A stretch of 64,000 nt of DNA from a bacterium (lineage in GTDB: Bacteria; Patescibacteriota; Doudnabacteria; UBA920; VMFF01). This document shows positions 27,529 through 36,650 of the stretch, piece by piece. Location: positions 2,577-66,576 of the forward strand of contig JAJZOG010000014.1 in assembly GCA_021811585.1 (NCBI GenBank), in the 5' to 3' direction. A program made the position numbers and the translations under genes. Numbering within the stretch: the stretch's first letter is position 1; each line of letters starts with the position of its first letter. The notes under the pieces are model-generated. The model did not search any database and was not told the origin of the DNA. It saw nothing but the letters and a program-made list of their open reading frames with translations.

Positions 27529-28875
27529 ATGAAAAAGAAATTTTATATTTGGGCGAGTATTTTTGCGGGCATAGTGGTTATTGCGGCGATTTTATTAATT
27601 ATTGCGGCAAGGCACCAAAACATGCAAAGTGGGGGCAATGGTTTTTTATCAGCGCCCAAAATAGCGAAATTGCAGCCAAACGCCTTTGGAAAACTTAATG
27701 CCAGCACAACGGAACAGGGCAATGGGCAGGGTGCATTGGCAGCGGCAGCAGGTACGCCGGTTTCAAGCACAAACGCACAAAACGAAAGTGTCGCAGCTGC
27801 TGCCGGAACCGCGGGTGCGGGAATTGCCCAGAGATTAATTCCGTACCGTCCATATGAATATGTTTATGCGGGAGGGGAGTTGCCGAAAATTCCGAAGCAG
27901 ATGAATGTTTATGAGAGGAATCTATTGGCAAACAATAACAATACGGGAGAAGGGATGATTGGGGTTTTAAATAATTTGGGTTTTGGCCTTGCGGATTTAA
28001 CAAGTTTCAAAAACGCGGGAATCAATTCATTTACAATAACCCAAGATCAGCCATACGGATACGCTATAACCGTAAGTGTTCCGGACCAGAGCGTAAGCGT
28101 AAATATAAATTGGCAGGAATGGCCGCATCCGTCTCCGATACTGGGAGCAAATCCATTGGCAAGCAACAGCAGGGCATCTATTCCCAATGACGATAAAATT
28201 CTCGCGGATGCAAACGCATTTTTAAAAGAGCATAATATTAACGTTAACTTGTACGGCTCTCCCGAGGTTTTAAAAAATTCTTGGCCGCCAATTATGTCTC
28301 CTCAGGGCAGCGCATCTCAGGAGAACAGCGCGTCTCAGGGTAAATCCGCGGGTGCGCCAGGCATGCCATATTATCGGCCGCAGTCAGCTGAAGTTGTTTA
28401 TCCGTTGAAGATTGACGGAGGTGAAGTCTACATGCAGGGTGGAAATAAAACCGGCTTGACGGTCAGCTATGATTTTGCTTCCGGGAAAGTGAGTGGCGTC
28501 CAGGGATTGGATTCTCAAAATTATAAGGGTTCGCTTTATGGTCTTGAGACTGATGCCCAAAAAATTATTGCTCAGGCCTTGGGCAGTAACGGGACACCAA
28601 ACAAAAATGTCCAATCGCTAAAAATTGATTTGGGCACGCCATTCTTGACGTACGAACAGATGTGGAATTACACAAATTACCAAAATAATGAAATTTTTGT
28701 GCCAAGCTTGGTTTTCCCGGTGCAAAACGCGCCGCAGGGATATTATGGGCCCAAGTTTGTGCTGGTGGCATTGCCAGAAGATATTTTTAAAAACTCCGGC
28801 ATTAATAAAGTAATTGAACCAATGGCGCCGGGTTTTTCTCCGGCGGCGCAAGGTGCTGCATCGCCAAACAATTAG
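27529..28875 (+). CDS. Hypothetical membrane-anchored extracytoplasmic protein
   Basis: 448-aa ORF, N-terminal TM, GGAGG upstream; no recognised catalytic motif. Confidence 0.75.
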   Translation: MKKKFYIWASIFAGIVVIAAILLIIAARHQNMQSGGNGFLSAPKIAKLQPNAFGKLNASTTEQGNGQGALAAAAGTPVSSTNAQNESVAAAAGTAGAGIAQRLIPYRPYEYVYAGGELPKIPKQMNVYERNLLANNNNTGEGMIGVLNNLGFGLADLTSFKNAGINSFTITQDQPYGYAITVSVPDQSVSVNINWQEWPHPSPILGANPLASNSRASIPNDDKILADANAFLKEHNINVNLYGSPEVLKNSWPPIMSPQGSASQENSASQGKSAGAPGMPYYRPQSAEVVYPLKIDGGEVYMQGGNKTGLTVSYDFASGKVSGVQGLDSQNYKGSLYGLETDAQKIIAQALGSNGTPNKNVQSLKIDLGTPFLTYEQMWNYTNYQNNEIFVPSLVFPVQNAPQGYYGPKFVLVALPEDIFKNSGINKVIEPMAPGFSPAAQGAASPNN

Positions 28876-28918
28876 GGCGGGAGATGCTTAGGGGACGATA
28901 GAAAATAAAATATTCTTC

Positions 28919-28946
28919 GCGTCTTCTAATGTATCTTATGCGACAC
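28919..28946. other. dif-like Xer recombination site (candidate replication terminus)
   Basis: GCGTCTTCTAA-TGTATC-TTATGCGACAC: 11-6-11 layout with inner TAA/TTA; intergenic between convergent genes at the coding-strand switch. Confidence 0.65.
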
Positions 28947-29022
28947 GTACATTGGTTGCATTTATTATCATCAAAGTTCGCGGGGGTCAAAGCTTTACAG
29001 GGTCAAAAGGAAAACGGCAATG

Positions 29023-30069
29023 CTAGCCGTTTTCATTTGATGCTGTCCATTGCGCGTGTATATGATAATCCGGGCGGCCCACGCAGGTATTTATATCTTT
29101 TTGGGCTTTAGGGCCGTTTAAATCAGTTAAATCAAGAACTAAAAATTGATGTTGGGAAACGCCCGGTAAATTACATTCAACCGCTGCTAGTAATAAGCCG
29201 TTGTTTTGGAGTTTTTGGAGAATTGCCGGTATTTGGTCCTTGCTTGATGGTACGAAATCAACGGCCTCACCGGCATAATGCGGATCATTTTGAGAAGCGT
29301 GGTGGCCGCTTGTGATAGAAGTTACGGATACTCTTAGATTATTGTTTGCTACTTCAATAAGCCCCTTAATCAAATTATCATCAATTGATGTTGTTCCTGC
29401 ATCGCATATTTTGCCCGGGCCGTCATATTGCGCGTCTTGGCCGGCTGCGATTGCCGACAAATTTAGCAGCGGCCCGTTTGGCGGGCAATCCGTGCCAGGC
29501 GCTAAAAGTATTTTACCCTCGCTTGCCAACTTTAAAAGCGCTTTTGCATTATCTTGGGTGCCCGCATCAGGAGCATTTGCCGCGACTTGCGGCGTTGTCG
29601 GTATAGTGCAATTATTGGCATCGCAATTTATGGGCGCAAGAGGTTCTACATTTATATTCGTGAGGTTGGGGTCAATGGTATTTAGGAATATATAAGATCC
29701 AAAAAGAATTACCAGCCCGAAAATCGTTGATCTTATGAATTCCTTGCCTTTTTCTTGTTTGCCGCTCATGTACATGTAACCGGCAAGCACAAACATCAGC
29801 ACTGCCACAAAACTGCCAATGCTGATTGCGAATATATAAACATTATTTAAGCACCTGGCAAAATTATATTGGGAAGTGTTACTGCTGTTGTCAGGAGTGC
29901 AAATCATGTCAAAGGTGTTTGAGGAGCTCGAATTCGGGCCTGATGGCGATGATCCCGAGGCAAAAGCCCGCGGTGTCAGGGATGTTATGAGGAAAGCTGA
30001 ATAAAATAAGGTAATGATTGCAAAGAGCAAAAGAGCTAATTTTTTTTCTGAATTTTTTATTTTTTTCAT
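29023..30069 (-). CDS. CPR-type VirB2/TrbC-like pilin fused to a peptidase M15-like (LAS) domain
   Basis: YIFAISIG...LAGYMYMSG...FGLVILFGSYIFLNTIDPNL pilin core; C-terminal HYAGEAVD (H-x6-D) and HIH. Confidence 0.72.
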   Translation of the reverse strand: MKKIKNSEKKLALLLFAIITLFYSAFLITSLTPRAFASGSSPSGPNSSSSNTFDMICTPDNSSNTSQYNFARCLNNVYIFAISIGSFVAVLMFVLAGYMYMSGKQEKGKEFIRSTIFGLVILFGSYIFLNTIDPNLTNINVEPLAPINCDANNCTIPTTPQVAANAPDAGTQDNAKALLKLASEGKILLAPGTDCPPNGPLLNLSAIAAGQDAQYDGPGKICDAGTTSIDDNLIKGLIEVANNNLRVSVTSITSGHHASQNDPHYAGEAVDFVPSSKDQIPAILQKLQNNGLLLAAVECNLPGVSQHQFLVLDLTDLNGPKAQKDINTCVGRPDYHIHAQWTASNENG

Positions 30070-30124
30070 TTTATTAATAATAGTTTAGCAAATTTTTGGG
30101 AAAATCGGCAATAAACACATGAAA

Positions 30125-31468
30125 TTATGAATTTAAGAAATCCAGAGGATTATAGGAGTGGCCATATGGCACTTGGTATGGACCGTATTTGTTTTGGTAT
30201 TTTCCGGGCGCAATTCCAAAGCTCGAGGCGTCAAAAACGCTAAAATGCAAATGAAATCCCCGCTCAGGCCCGTAAAGAATGCGCGTCGTGTTCCCGGTGT
30301 TGCCTTCAAATCCAATTAAGTCCCCTTGTTTTACATTTTGTCCCGGCGTCACAATAAACGACATTAAATGTCCATATAAAGTAATAATCTGGCTGTTTTC
30401 TATTGCAATATTATGTTTGATTGCCACCCAATTTCCATAAGCCGCCTGCCCTGTTCCTGTCGCCTGCACCACCCCATCGGCAGCAGCATAAATTGGGCAT
30501 CCGGGCGGGCCGGCAATATCAACTCCATTATGAAAATCATAACCCAAAGCAGTGAACCCGGTGTTGCCGTATCCTTGGGTTATTATTCCTTGAAGCGGCC
30601 AAGCCAAAATGCCGCGTATGGGCGCAATGTTGCCGCCTTTTGCCATTGCTTGCTGGTTTAAATCCCCTATTTCTTGTGCGATTTCATTTTCTTCTGCTTG
30701 CGCGTTATTTAAAAGAACTTTGAATTTGTATTCCTGGCCTTTTGTGTCTGCAAGCAAGGCAACCTTTTGGGCTTTCTGGTCGCTTAAGCTCTGGTTGGCT
30801 CCTGTTAGCTGGGTTTTTAATTCGTTTAATTTTGCCAGCCGTTCGTGTAAATTTTGGTTATCGCTTTCCAGGTCAGCTTGCAATTTTTTTACGCCTATGA
30901 GAATATTATAAACTTTATTTTGAAGCGAGTGCGTGTATTGGATTTGATTGAGAAAATCCGAAAAATTGGAGGTGCCTAATTCCAGTTGAACTTGGGAGAG
31001 ATTGTCGTCTTTGTCGAGATTCACCAGCAAGTCCGCAAGCGTTTGTTTTTCCTGGGCAGCTTGCGCGGTTTTATCCGCGATTTGCTTTTGCACCGCTGCT
31101 ATTTGCAGGGCGTCATTATTTATATTTGTTTGGGTTGCCTGGAGCTGCAGTTCTGTTTCCTGCATTTCCAAATCATAAAGATTTATTTCGTTGCGCAAAT
31201 CCGCCTGCTGCTGCAATTTCTGAACCACTTGGTTTTGCAATTGGCCGATTTGTTGGTTTAATTGGCTGATCTGTGCCAGTTGTGATTGGCTGGGTTTTTT
31301 ATCTTGCGCCTGGGGTGCAATTCCCGGAAGATTTGAGCTCGCATGTAAAAAATGCCGCGGCACAACCAGGGCCGCGGTGATTCCTAAAATACAGAGAAAT
31401 AAGCTCCCTATCAAAATAAAAGAGGCGGCAGTAGAAATTTTTATTTTATTTTTGTTTCCAAACCGCAT
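30125..31468 (-). CDS. Coiled-coil + M23 peptidase (EnvC-like architecture, Zn ligands intact)
   Basis: Signal/TM, long coiled coil, WPLQGIITQGYG, HNGVD, YGHL, HLHF. Confidence 0.88.
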   Translation of the reverse strand: MRFGNKNKIKISTAASFILIGSLFLCILGITAALVVPRHFLHASSNLPGIAPQAQDKKPSQSQLAQISQLNQQIGQLQNQVVQKLQQQADLRNEINLYDLEMQETELQLQATQTNINNDALQIAAVQKQIADKTAQAAQEKQTLADLLVNLDKDDNLSQVQLELGTSNFSDFLNQIQYTHSLQNKVYNILIGVKKLQADLESDNQNLHERLAKLNELKTQLTGANQSLSDQKAQKVALLADTKGQEYKFKVLLNNAQAEENEIAQEIGDLNQQAMAKGGNIAPIRGILAWPLQGIITQGYGNTGFTALGYDFHNGVDIAGPPGCPIYAAADGVVQATGTGQAAYGNWVAIKHNIAIENSQIITLYGHLMSFIVTPGQNVKQGDLIGFEGNTGNTTRILYGPERGFHLHFSVFDASSFGIAPGKYQNKYGPYQVPYGHSYNPLDFLNS

Positions 31469-31509
31469 ATTTTAAATCATTATACCATAAAATATGCGGA
31501 ATAAGAAAT

Positions 31510-33033
31510 TTATTCCAAAAATTTAATGGCCGCGCGCAATCTTGCGATAATTTCCTGCTTTCCGTAAACGCGGCACAATGCCGAAGCAATTTCAAAAGGC
31601 CCGGGAGATGCCTCAAGCCCGGATAATGCGGTTCTTAGCGGCCAAAGCACCGGGCCGTTTTCCAGGTTGTTTTCAGAGATAAATTGTTTAATTTTTGCTT
31701 CCAGGGTTTGTGCGGAGGCGAATTCTTTTTCATCCAAGTTTTCGAGAAATTCACAAACTGCCTGTAAATTTTTTTTAGTTTGCTCGAGGTTTGATTTTTT
31801 CCATATTAAAATTTGCGGGTTGTATTGCGGCCGGCTGAAAAAGTATTTTACCCTCTCCCCTATCTCCGAGAGTTTTTTGAGCCGTTCCTGTTCCAGTTTC
31901 ACTATGGATTCAATCGCTTCCTGGCTCAGCGCGTTTCCGTTTGCCGCCTTATAGCCGTTTTTATCCTTGGCAACCAAGCCGGCTTTTTCCAGGTATGGAA
32001 TAGTTTTTCGAGTGAGTTCGGGCAGGTCCATTTTTCTTATATACATGCCGTTCAGCCAATCGAGCTTTTCGACATCAAAGACAGCTCCCGCGCGGTTCAC
32101 TTTTTCAAAACTGAACTGCGCGGAAAGCTCGTCTATGGAAAAAAGCTCCTGGTCTGTTTTCGGGTTCCAGCCCAGCAAGGCCACAAAGTTTATGAGCGCT
32201 TCTTTTAAATATCCTTTTTTGAGATAATCTTCTACGGCAACATCTCCTTGGCGCTTGGAAAGCTTTGACCTGTCTTTGTTTAATATTAGCGGCAGGTGTG
32301 CGAATTTGGGAGGATCCCAGTTAAAGACCTTGTAAAGCAGCAAATGTTTGGGCGTGGACGGTATCCATTCTTCTCCGCGGATCACATGCGTAATTTGCAT
32401 AAGATGGTCGTCCACGACAACGCTGAGGTGGTAAGTCGGGAACCCGTCGGATTTCATAAGCACCTGGTCGTCCAAAGTTTTCGTATCAATTACAATTTCC
32501 TTATAAACCAAATCCTTCACAATCACTTGCGAATTTTCCGGTATTGCCTGGCGGATCACATAAGGCAAACCTTGTTTTAGGTTTGATTGCACTTGGGTTT
32601 GAGAAAGATAGCGGCATTTCTTGTCGTATTGGGGCGCAATTTTCATGGCTTCTTGCTGTTTGCGCAAATCCGCAAGGCGCCTCTCGTCGCAAAAGCAATA
32701 ATAAGCATGCCCTGTTTTAATAAGTTCTTGAGCGTACTCTTTGTAAATTTCCCTGCGTTTGGATTGCTGGTACGGGCCGAATTCTCCCTTATCAATAAGC
32801 CGTCCGTTTTGCACATCCACGCCTTCATTGTAATCCAGCCCCATGTCGTGCATGAGAAAAATTATTTTTTCGATGGCCCCTTCTATAAATCTTGCCTGGT
32901 CCGTATCTTCTATTCTTAAAACAAAGTCGCCTTTGTTTTGCCTGGAAAAGAGATAGCAGAAAAGCGCGGTTCTAAGTGAACCGATGTGCATGTATCCTGT
33001 TGGGCTTGGCGCAAAACGCGTTTTAACTTTCAT
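31510..33033 (-). CDS. gltX: Glutamate--tRNA ligase
   Basis: RFAPSPTGYMHIGS, LRIEDTD, HVIRGEEW, KLSKR. Confidence 0.97.
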   Translation of the reverse strand: MKVKTRFAPSPTGYMHIGSLRTALFCYLFSRQNKGDFVLRIEDTDQARFIEGAIEKIIFLMHDMGLDYNEGVDVQNGRLIDKGEFGPYQQSKRREIYKEYAQELIKTGHAYYCFCDERRLADLRKQQEAMKIAPQYDKKCRYLSQTQVQSNLKQGLPYVIRQAIPENSQVIVKDLVYKEIVIDTKTLDDQVLMKSDGFPTYHLSVVVDDHLMQITHVIRGEEWIPSTPKHLLLYKVFNWDPPKFAHLPLILNKDRSKLSKRQGDVAVEDYLKKGYLKEALINFVALLGWNPKTDQELFSIDELSAQFSFEKVNRAGAVFDVEKLDWLNGMYIRKMDLPELTRKTIPYLEKAGLVAKDKNGYKAANGNALSQEAIESIVKLEQERLKKLSEIGERVKYFFSRPQYNPQILIWKKSNLEQTKKNLQAVCEFLENLDEKEFASAQTLEAKIKQFISENNLENGPVLWPLRTALSGLEASPGPFEIASALCRVYGKQEIIARLRAAIKFLE

Positions 33034-34325
33034 TTTTTCAATTCCTTGAATTTTTCCATTGCCAATTTAAACATTGGCAGGCGGGCTTTGTAAATTTTAT
33101 TTTCTATTTCTTCCGTAGTAAACCATTTGTAGTCGCTAAATTCCCTTTGGTCCAATTTTATGTCTTTGTCTTCGCCGGTAAATTTCAGGAAAAAAATTGT
33201 CTGCCGCTGGCCCCGGGTTTTCGTATATCTGCTGAAGAATTTTTCCCTGGCGAGATTCCAGTTATATTCGTAGGCCTTTTCCATTTTTCCGATTATTTCA
33301 AATTTATCCGTTCCCAGCCCTTCTTTCATTTCGCGCAGGACCGCTTTTTCCGGCATCTCCCCTCTCTCAATTCCGCCCTGCGGAATTTGCCAATGTTCTG
33401 TGCCGGGGAAATCCATGTTTTGCTTTTCCACCGATCTGTGCGCGAGCAGAATTTTATTTTCTCGGTTAATTATAACACTTGCGGCGTTTTCCCGGAATGG
33501 CATGTTGGCAAATACTTTGTAACGCAGTGCGCCGTTCAGAAAACCCAAGGTGGCGTGGAATATTCTTGTTGCCCTTTTCGGCTGGGTTAAAAGCCGGTAA
33601 AGCCATTCAAAGCCGGCTGAGCGGATAAATTTCGGTGCAAACCTCTTCTTGCCCGCGACATAATCAAAAGTTCCCCCAAGGCCAATCGCCACAGTGGCGG
33701 CGAACTTATTTTTGTTCTCGTAAATCCATCGCTCCTGCTTTTCAGGGCCATAAGCAACCATAAGGATATCGCATTTCGCGTTATTTATTTTTTCTATTAC
33801 AGAGAGGTCCGAAGGTCCGCGGTTTGAATATCCGGCTATTTTGATTTTTGGAAATTTTTTACGGAGTTTTTCGGCAACCGCTTCGGGAGTATCCCCGAAA
33901 CCTCCGAGCAGGAATATGCTATATCCGTTTTCACTTGCCAGCGCCGCAAGGTCCCAGAAAAAATCCGAGCCCGAGATTTTTTCAGGCACAATAATTTTTA
34001 TTAATTTTTTATTAAATATTGCCGCAAATCCTGTGCGGAAAATCTGCCAAAATGCCTGTATTATTTTGAGATAATAATTTTTTAATGTCAGCGGCATATA
34101 AAGATAATAAGATAGCCACAAGACAGATATGCCGTCAGGCAAGGCATAATCCGCGCTATTTAATATTTCTTTAAATTCCTGGTCAAAATAGGTTTTATGG
34201 AAAAACTCGGAATATGGCGTAACAATAAAGGTTTTTTCGCGCTTTTCCAGCCGTTTTTTTATCTCGGCAAGAATTTGAGCCCTGGTCTCGGTATTTATTT
34301 TTAGGCCCAAAAGATCGGTTTTCAT
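33030..34325 (-). CDS. WecB/TagA/CpsF glycosyltransferase fused to an RppH-like Nudix domain
   Basis: LPDGISV, ISGSDF, VAYGPEKQERWI, GLGGTFD, RFAPKFIRSAGFEWLYRL; then FRENAA, WQIPQGGI...REMKEGLG, RGQRQ. Confidence 0.85.
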   Translation of the reverse strand: MKTDLLGLKINTETRAQILAEIKKRLEKREKTFIVTPYSEFFHKTYFDQEFKEILNSADYALPDGISVLWLSYYLYMPLTLKNYYLKIIQAFWQIFRTGFAAIFNKKLIKIIVPEKISGSDFFWDLAALASENGYSIFLLGGFGDTPEAVAEKLRKKFPKIKIAGYSNRGPSDLSVIEKINNAKCDILMVAYGPEKQERWIYENKNKFAATVAIGLGGTFDYVAGKKRFAPKFIRSAGFEWLYRLLTQPKRATRIFHATLGFLNGALRYKVFANMPFRENAASVIINRENKILLAHRSVEKQNMDFPGTEHWQIPQGGIERGEMPEKAVLREMKEGLGTDKFEIIGKMEKAYEYNWNLAREKFFSRYTKTRGQRQTIFFLKFTGEDKDIKLDQREFSDYKWFTTEEIENKIYKARLPMFKLAMEKFKELKK

Positions 34326-34381
34326 GGCTGAATTTTAACATTTTTAATGGAAATAAACCATTTTTCGGGGTATAATGAGTT

Positions 34382-34675
34382 ATGCAGATAAGCGAAGAAT
34401 TTAAAAATAGATTTAATAAAAAGGGAAAGTCGCGATATTTGCACTCTGCAAATCACGTGCTCGCGGATGAACTTAGCCGTAAATTCAATGAAACCAAGCG
34501 TTTCGGGTTTTATTTGAGGATGGCGGAAAAATACGATCACAATTTGTTGCGCAGAATTGCCGGCGAGGTTTTGGAAACAAATGCAAAAAAACCTGGCGCA
34601 TTGTTTGCTTACTTGGCAAAGGCAGAAGGATTGAGATTAAAAAATGATTCTAAAAATAGCCACATATCCCAATAA
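34382..34675 (+). CDS. Hypothetical protein (small helical, KPGALF motif)
   Basis: TATAAT 5 nt before ATG; overlaps def. Confidence 0.65.
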   Translation: MQISEEFKNRFNKKGKSRYLHSANHVLADELSRKFNETKRFGFYLRMAEKYDHNLLRRIAGEVLETNAKKPGALFAYLAKAEGLRLKNDSKNSHISQ

Positions 34676-35126
34676 AATTTTAGAAACTCCATGCGAAGAG
34701 GTTGGGTTTCCCGTTCCGGATGCGGTTAGGCAGCTTATTAAAAATATGCTTGAAACCGTGCGCGATGCCAACGGCATTGGTTTGGCGGCTCCGCAAGTTA
34801 ATAAAAATTTAAGGATTATTGTCGTAAATTTGGAATACGCGGGAATCCCCGCTTTCGCGCTTATTAATCCCAAGGTGGCTTGGTCTTCTAAAAAAACAAC
34901 TGAAATGGAAGAGGGATGCCTTTCCATACCCGGTGTTTTCGGCATGGTTGAACGTCCGGAAAAAATCACTTTTAGCGGACAGGATATCAATGGCAAAATT
35001 ATTACAGCGCGATGCGGAGGCATTCTCTCTAAAGTTGTCCAGCACGAGATTGACCACACCAACGGCATCCTTATTTTGGAAAAAATAAAAAAATACACCC
35101 AAGGTAAGGAGCTGCTTAAGAAATGA
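34644..35126 (+). CDS. def: Peptide deformylase
   Basis: GIGLAAPQV, EGCLS, QHEIDH. Confidence 0.96.
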   Translation: MILKIATYPNKILETPCEEVGFPVPDAVRQLIKNMLETVRDANGIGLAAPQVNKNLRIIVVNLEYAGIPAFALINPKVAWSSKKTTEMEEGCLSIPGVFGMVERPEKITFSGQDINGKIITARCGGILSKVVQHEIDHTNGILILEKIKKYTQGKELLKK

Positions 35127-35659
35127 AATTTGCACGCGACATTTTGTTAATCAGCATTGAAGCAACCGGGCCGAACCCGGAAAAGGATTTCCCTCTCCAA
35201 ATCGGAGCCGTCCTTTTGGACAAGGACAATCTTTTGGAAAAGGCGTATTTCAACAGCTATATCCGTTTTCCGTTTTCGCAGGCAACCAATTTTCATATTG
35301 TGCAAACCTTGGGCATTTCAAAGGAACAATGGATTAATTCGCCGAATGTAAAAACGGTTTTGGCTGATTTTATCAGCAAGTTTCCATATAATGTCACTAT
35401 TGCCACGCACAACACCATTAATGTGAATTTTCTTCAGCGGGCCTTTAAGCTTGCTGATATGCCTTATGAATACGATTACCATATTATGGAAATTTGGACT
35501 TTGGGGTATTTTTATCTTTCGAAATTGAACAGCAGGAAAATTCCGACAGCCGAAACCCTCGGGCAATATTTCAACATTCGGCGTGAAAAAGAGCACGATG
35601 CGTTCGCAAATTGCCGTTTCATGGAGGAAATTTTTAAACAGCTTGTAAAGGCAATTTAG
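35123..35659 (+). CDS. DEDDh 3'-5' exonuclease-fold protein with degenerate catalytic residues
   Basis: SIEATG, LQIGAV, THNTINVNF, HDAFANC. Confidence 0.75.
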   Translation: MKFARDILLISIEATGPNPEKDFPLQIGAVLLDKDNLLEKAYFNSYIRFPFSQATNFHIVQTLGISKEQWINSPNVKTVLADFISKFPYNVTIATHNTINVNFLQRAFKLADMPYEYDYHIMEIWTLGYFYLSKLNSRKIPTAETLGQYFNIRREKEHDAFANCRFMEEIFKQLVKAI

Positions 35660-36628
35660 ATGCTATTCAAAAAAATTAAAAAAAAGGCAAGAATAATTTT
35701 CTTCGGCACCTCAGATTTTTCCGCGCGCATTTTGGAGAGTATCGCGGCAGAACACGAAGTCGCTGAGGTTATCACCCAGCCGGACAAGCCGGTTGGCAGG
35801 GATCACGAGCTTACCGCAAGCCACGTTGCCGCTGTTGCGGGAAAATTGGGCTTGGAAACCAGGAAGCCGGAAAAGCTCAAGGACAACCAAAAATTTGATG
35901 CGCACTTGCGCAGTTTGCAGCCGGATTTGTTCATAGTTGCAGCATACGGAAAAATAATCCCCGCAGAATTTTTGAAAATACCGCGCCTGGGATCTCTAAA
36001 CGTGCATCCTTCGCTCCTGCCAAAATACCGGGGGCCATCCCCAATCCAAGCCGCGCTTGTAAATCGCGAGAGGCGCACGGGCGTTACCATTATTTTAATG
36101 GATGAAAAGATGGATCACGGCCCTATTGTCTGCCAAAAATCGGCGTTTATTAAGACCTATGAATTTTACCGCACCCTGGAACAACGGCTTTGTGAGATTT
36201 CCAAAAAATTGCTTTTAAAAGCCATCAATCAGGCAATTAAAGGAAAGATGCGGCCAAAGCCGCAAAACGAAAACAAAGCCACTTATTGCCGCCTGCTCAG
36301 TCGCGAAGACGGCAAGATTGATTGGTCAATGGAAGTCGAAGATATTTTCAGCCGCTTTCGCGCTTATTTGGGCTGGCCGGAGATTTGGACAATTTTCGAA
36401 GGCAAGCGCCTAATAATAAAAAGCTGCGAACCGTTTTATGATATTTTTGATAAAGAAGACGGCCGGCATCCCGGCCTGGTTGTCGAACGCAATGAAAAAA
36501 TTTGCATTGCCTGCGGAAAATACAAGCTGGAAATTTTTGAGATTCAATTGGAAGGCAAGAGCACTGTCACGGTCCGCAGTTTCTTAAACGGTCATAAAGA
36601 TTTTTTGGGAGCTGTCCTGCCCAGCTGA
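35660..36628 (+). CDS. fmt: Methionyl-tRNA formyltransferase
   Basis: IIFFGTSDF, TQPDKPVGR, NVHPSLLPKYRGPSPIQ, MDHGPI. Confidence 0.96.
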   Translation: MLFKKIKKKARIIFFGTSDFSARILESIAAEHEVAEVITQPDKPVGRDHELTASHVAAVAGKLGLETRKPEKLKDNQKFDAHLRSLQPDLFIVAAYGKIIPAEFLKIPRLGSLNVHPSLLPKYRGPSPIQAALVNRERRTGVTIILMDEKMDHGPIVCQKSAFIKTYEFYRTLEQRLCEISKKLLLKAINQAIKGKMRPKPQNENKATYCRLLSREDGKIDWSMEVEDIFSRFRAYLGWPEIWTIFEGKRLIIKSCEPFYDIFDKEDGRHPGLVVERNEKICIACGKYKLEIFEIQLEGKSTVTVRSFLNGHKDFLGAVLPS

Positions 36629-36650
36629 TTGCGCTGTTTTCGCTGCCGAT

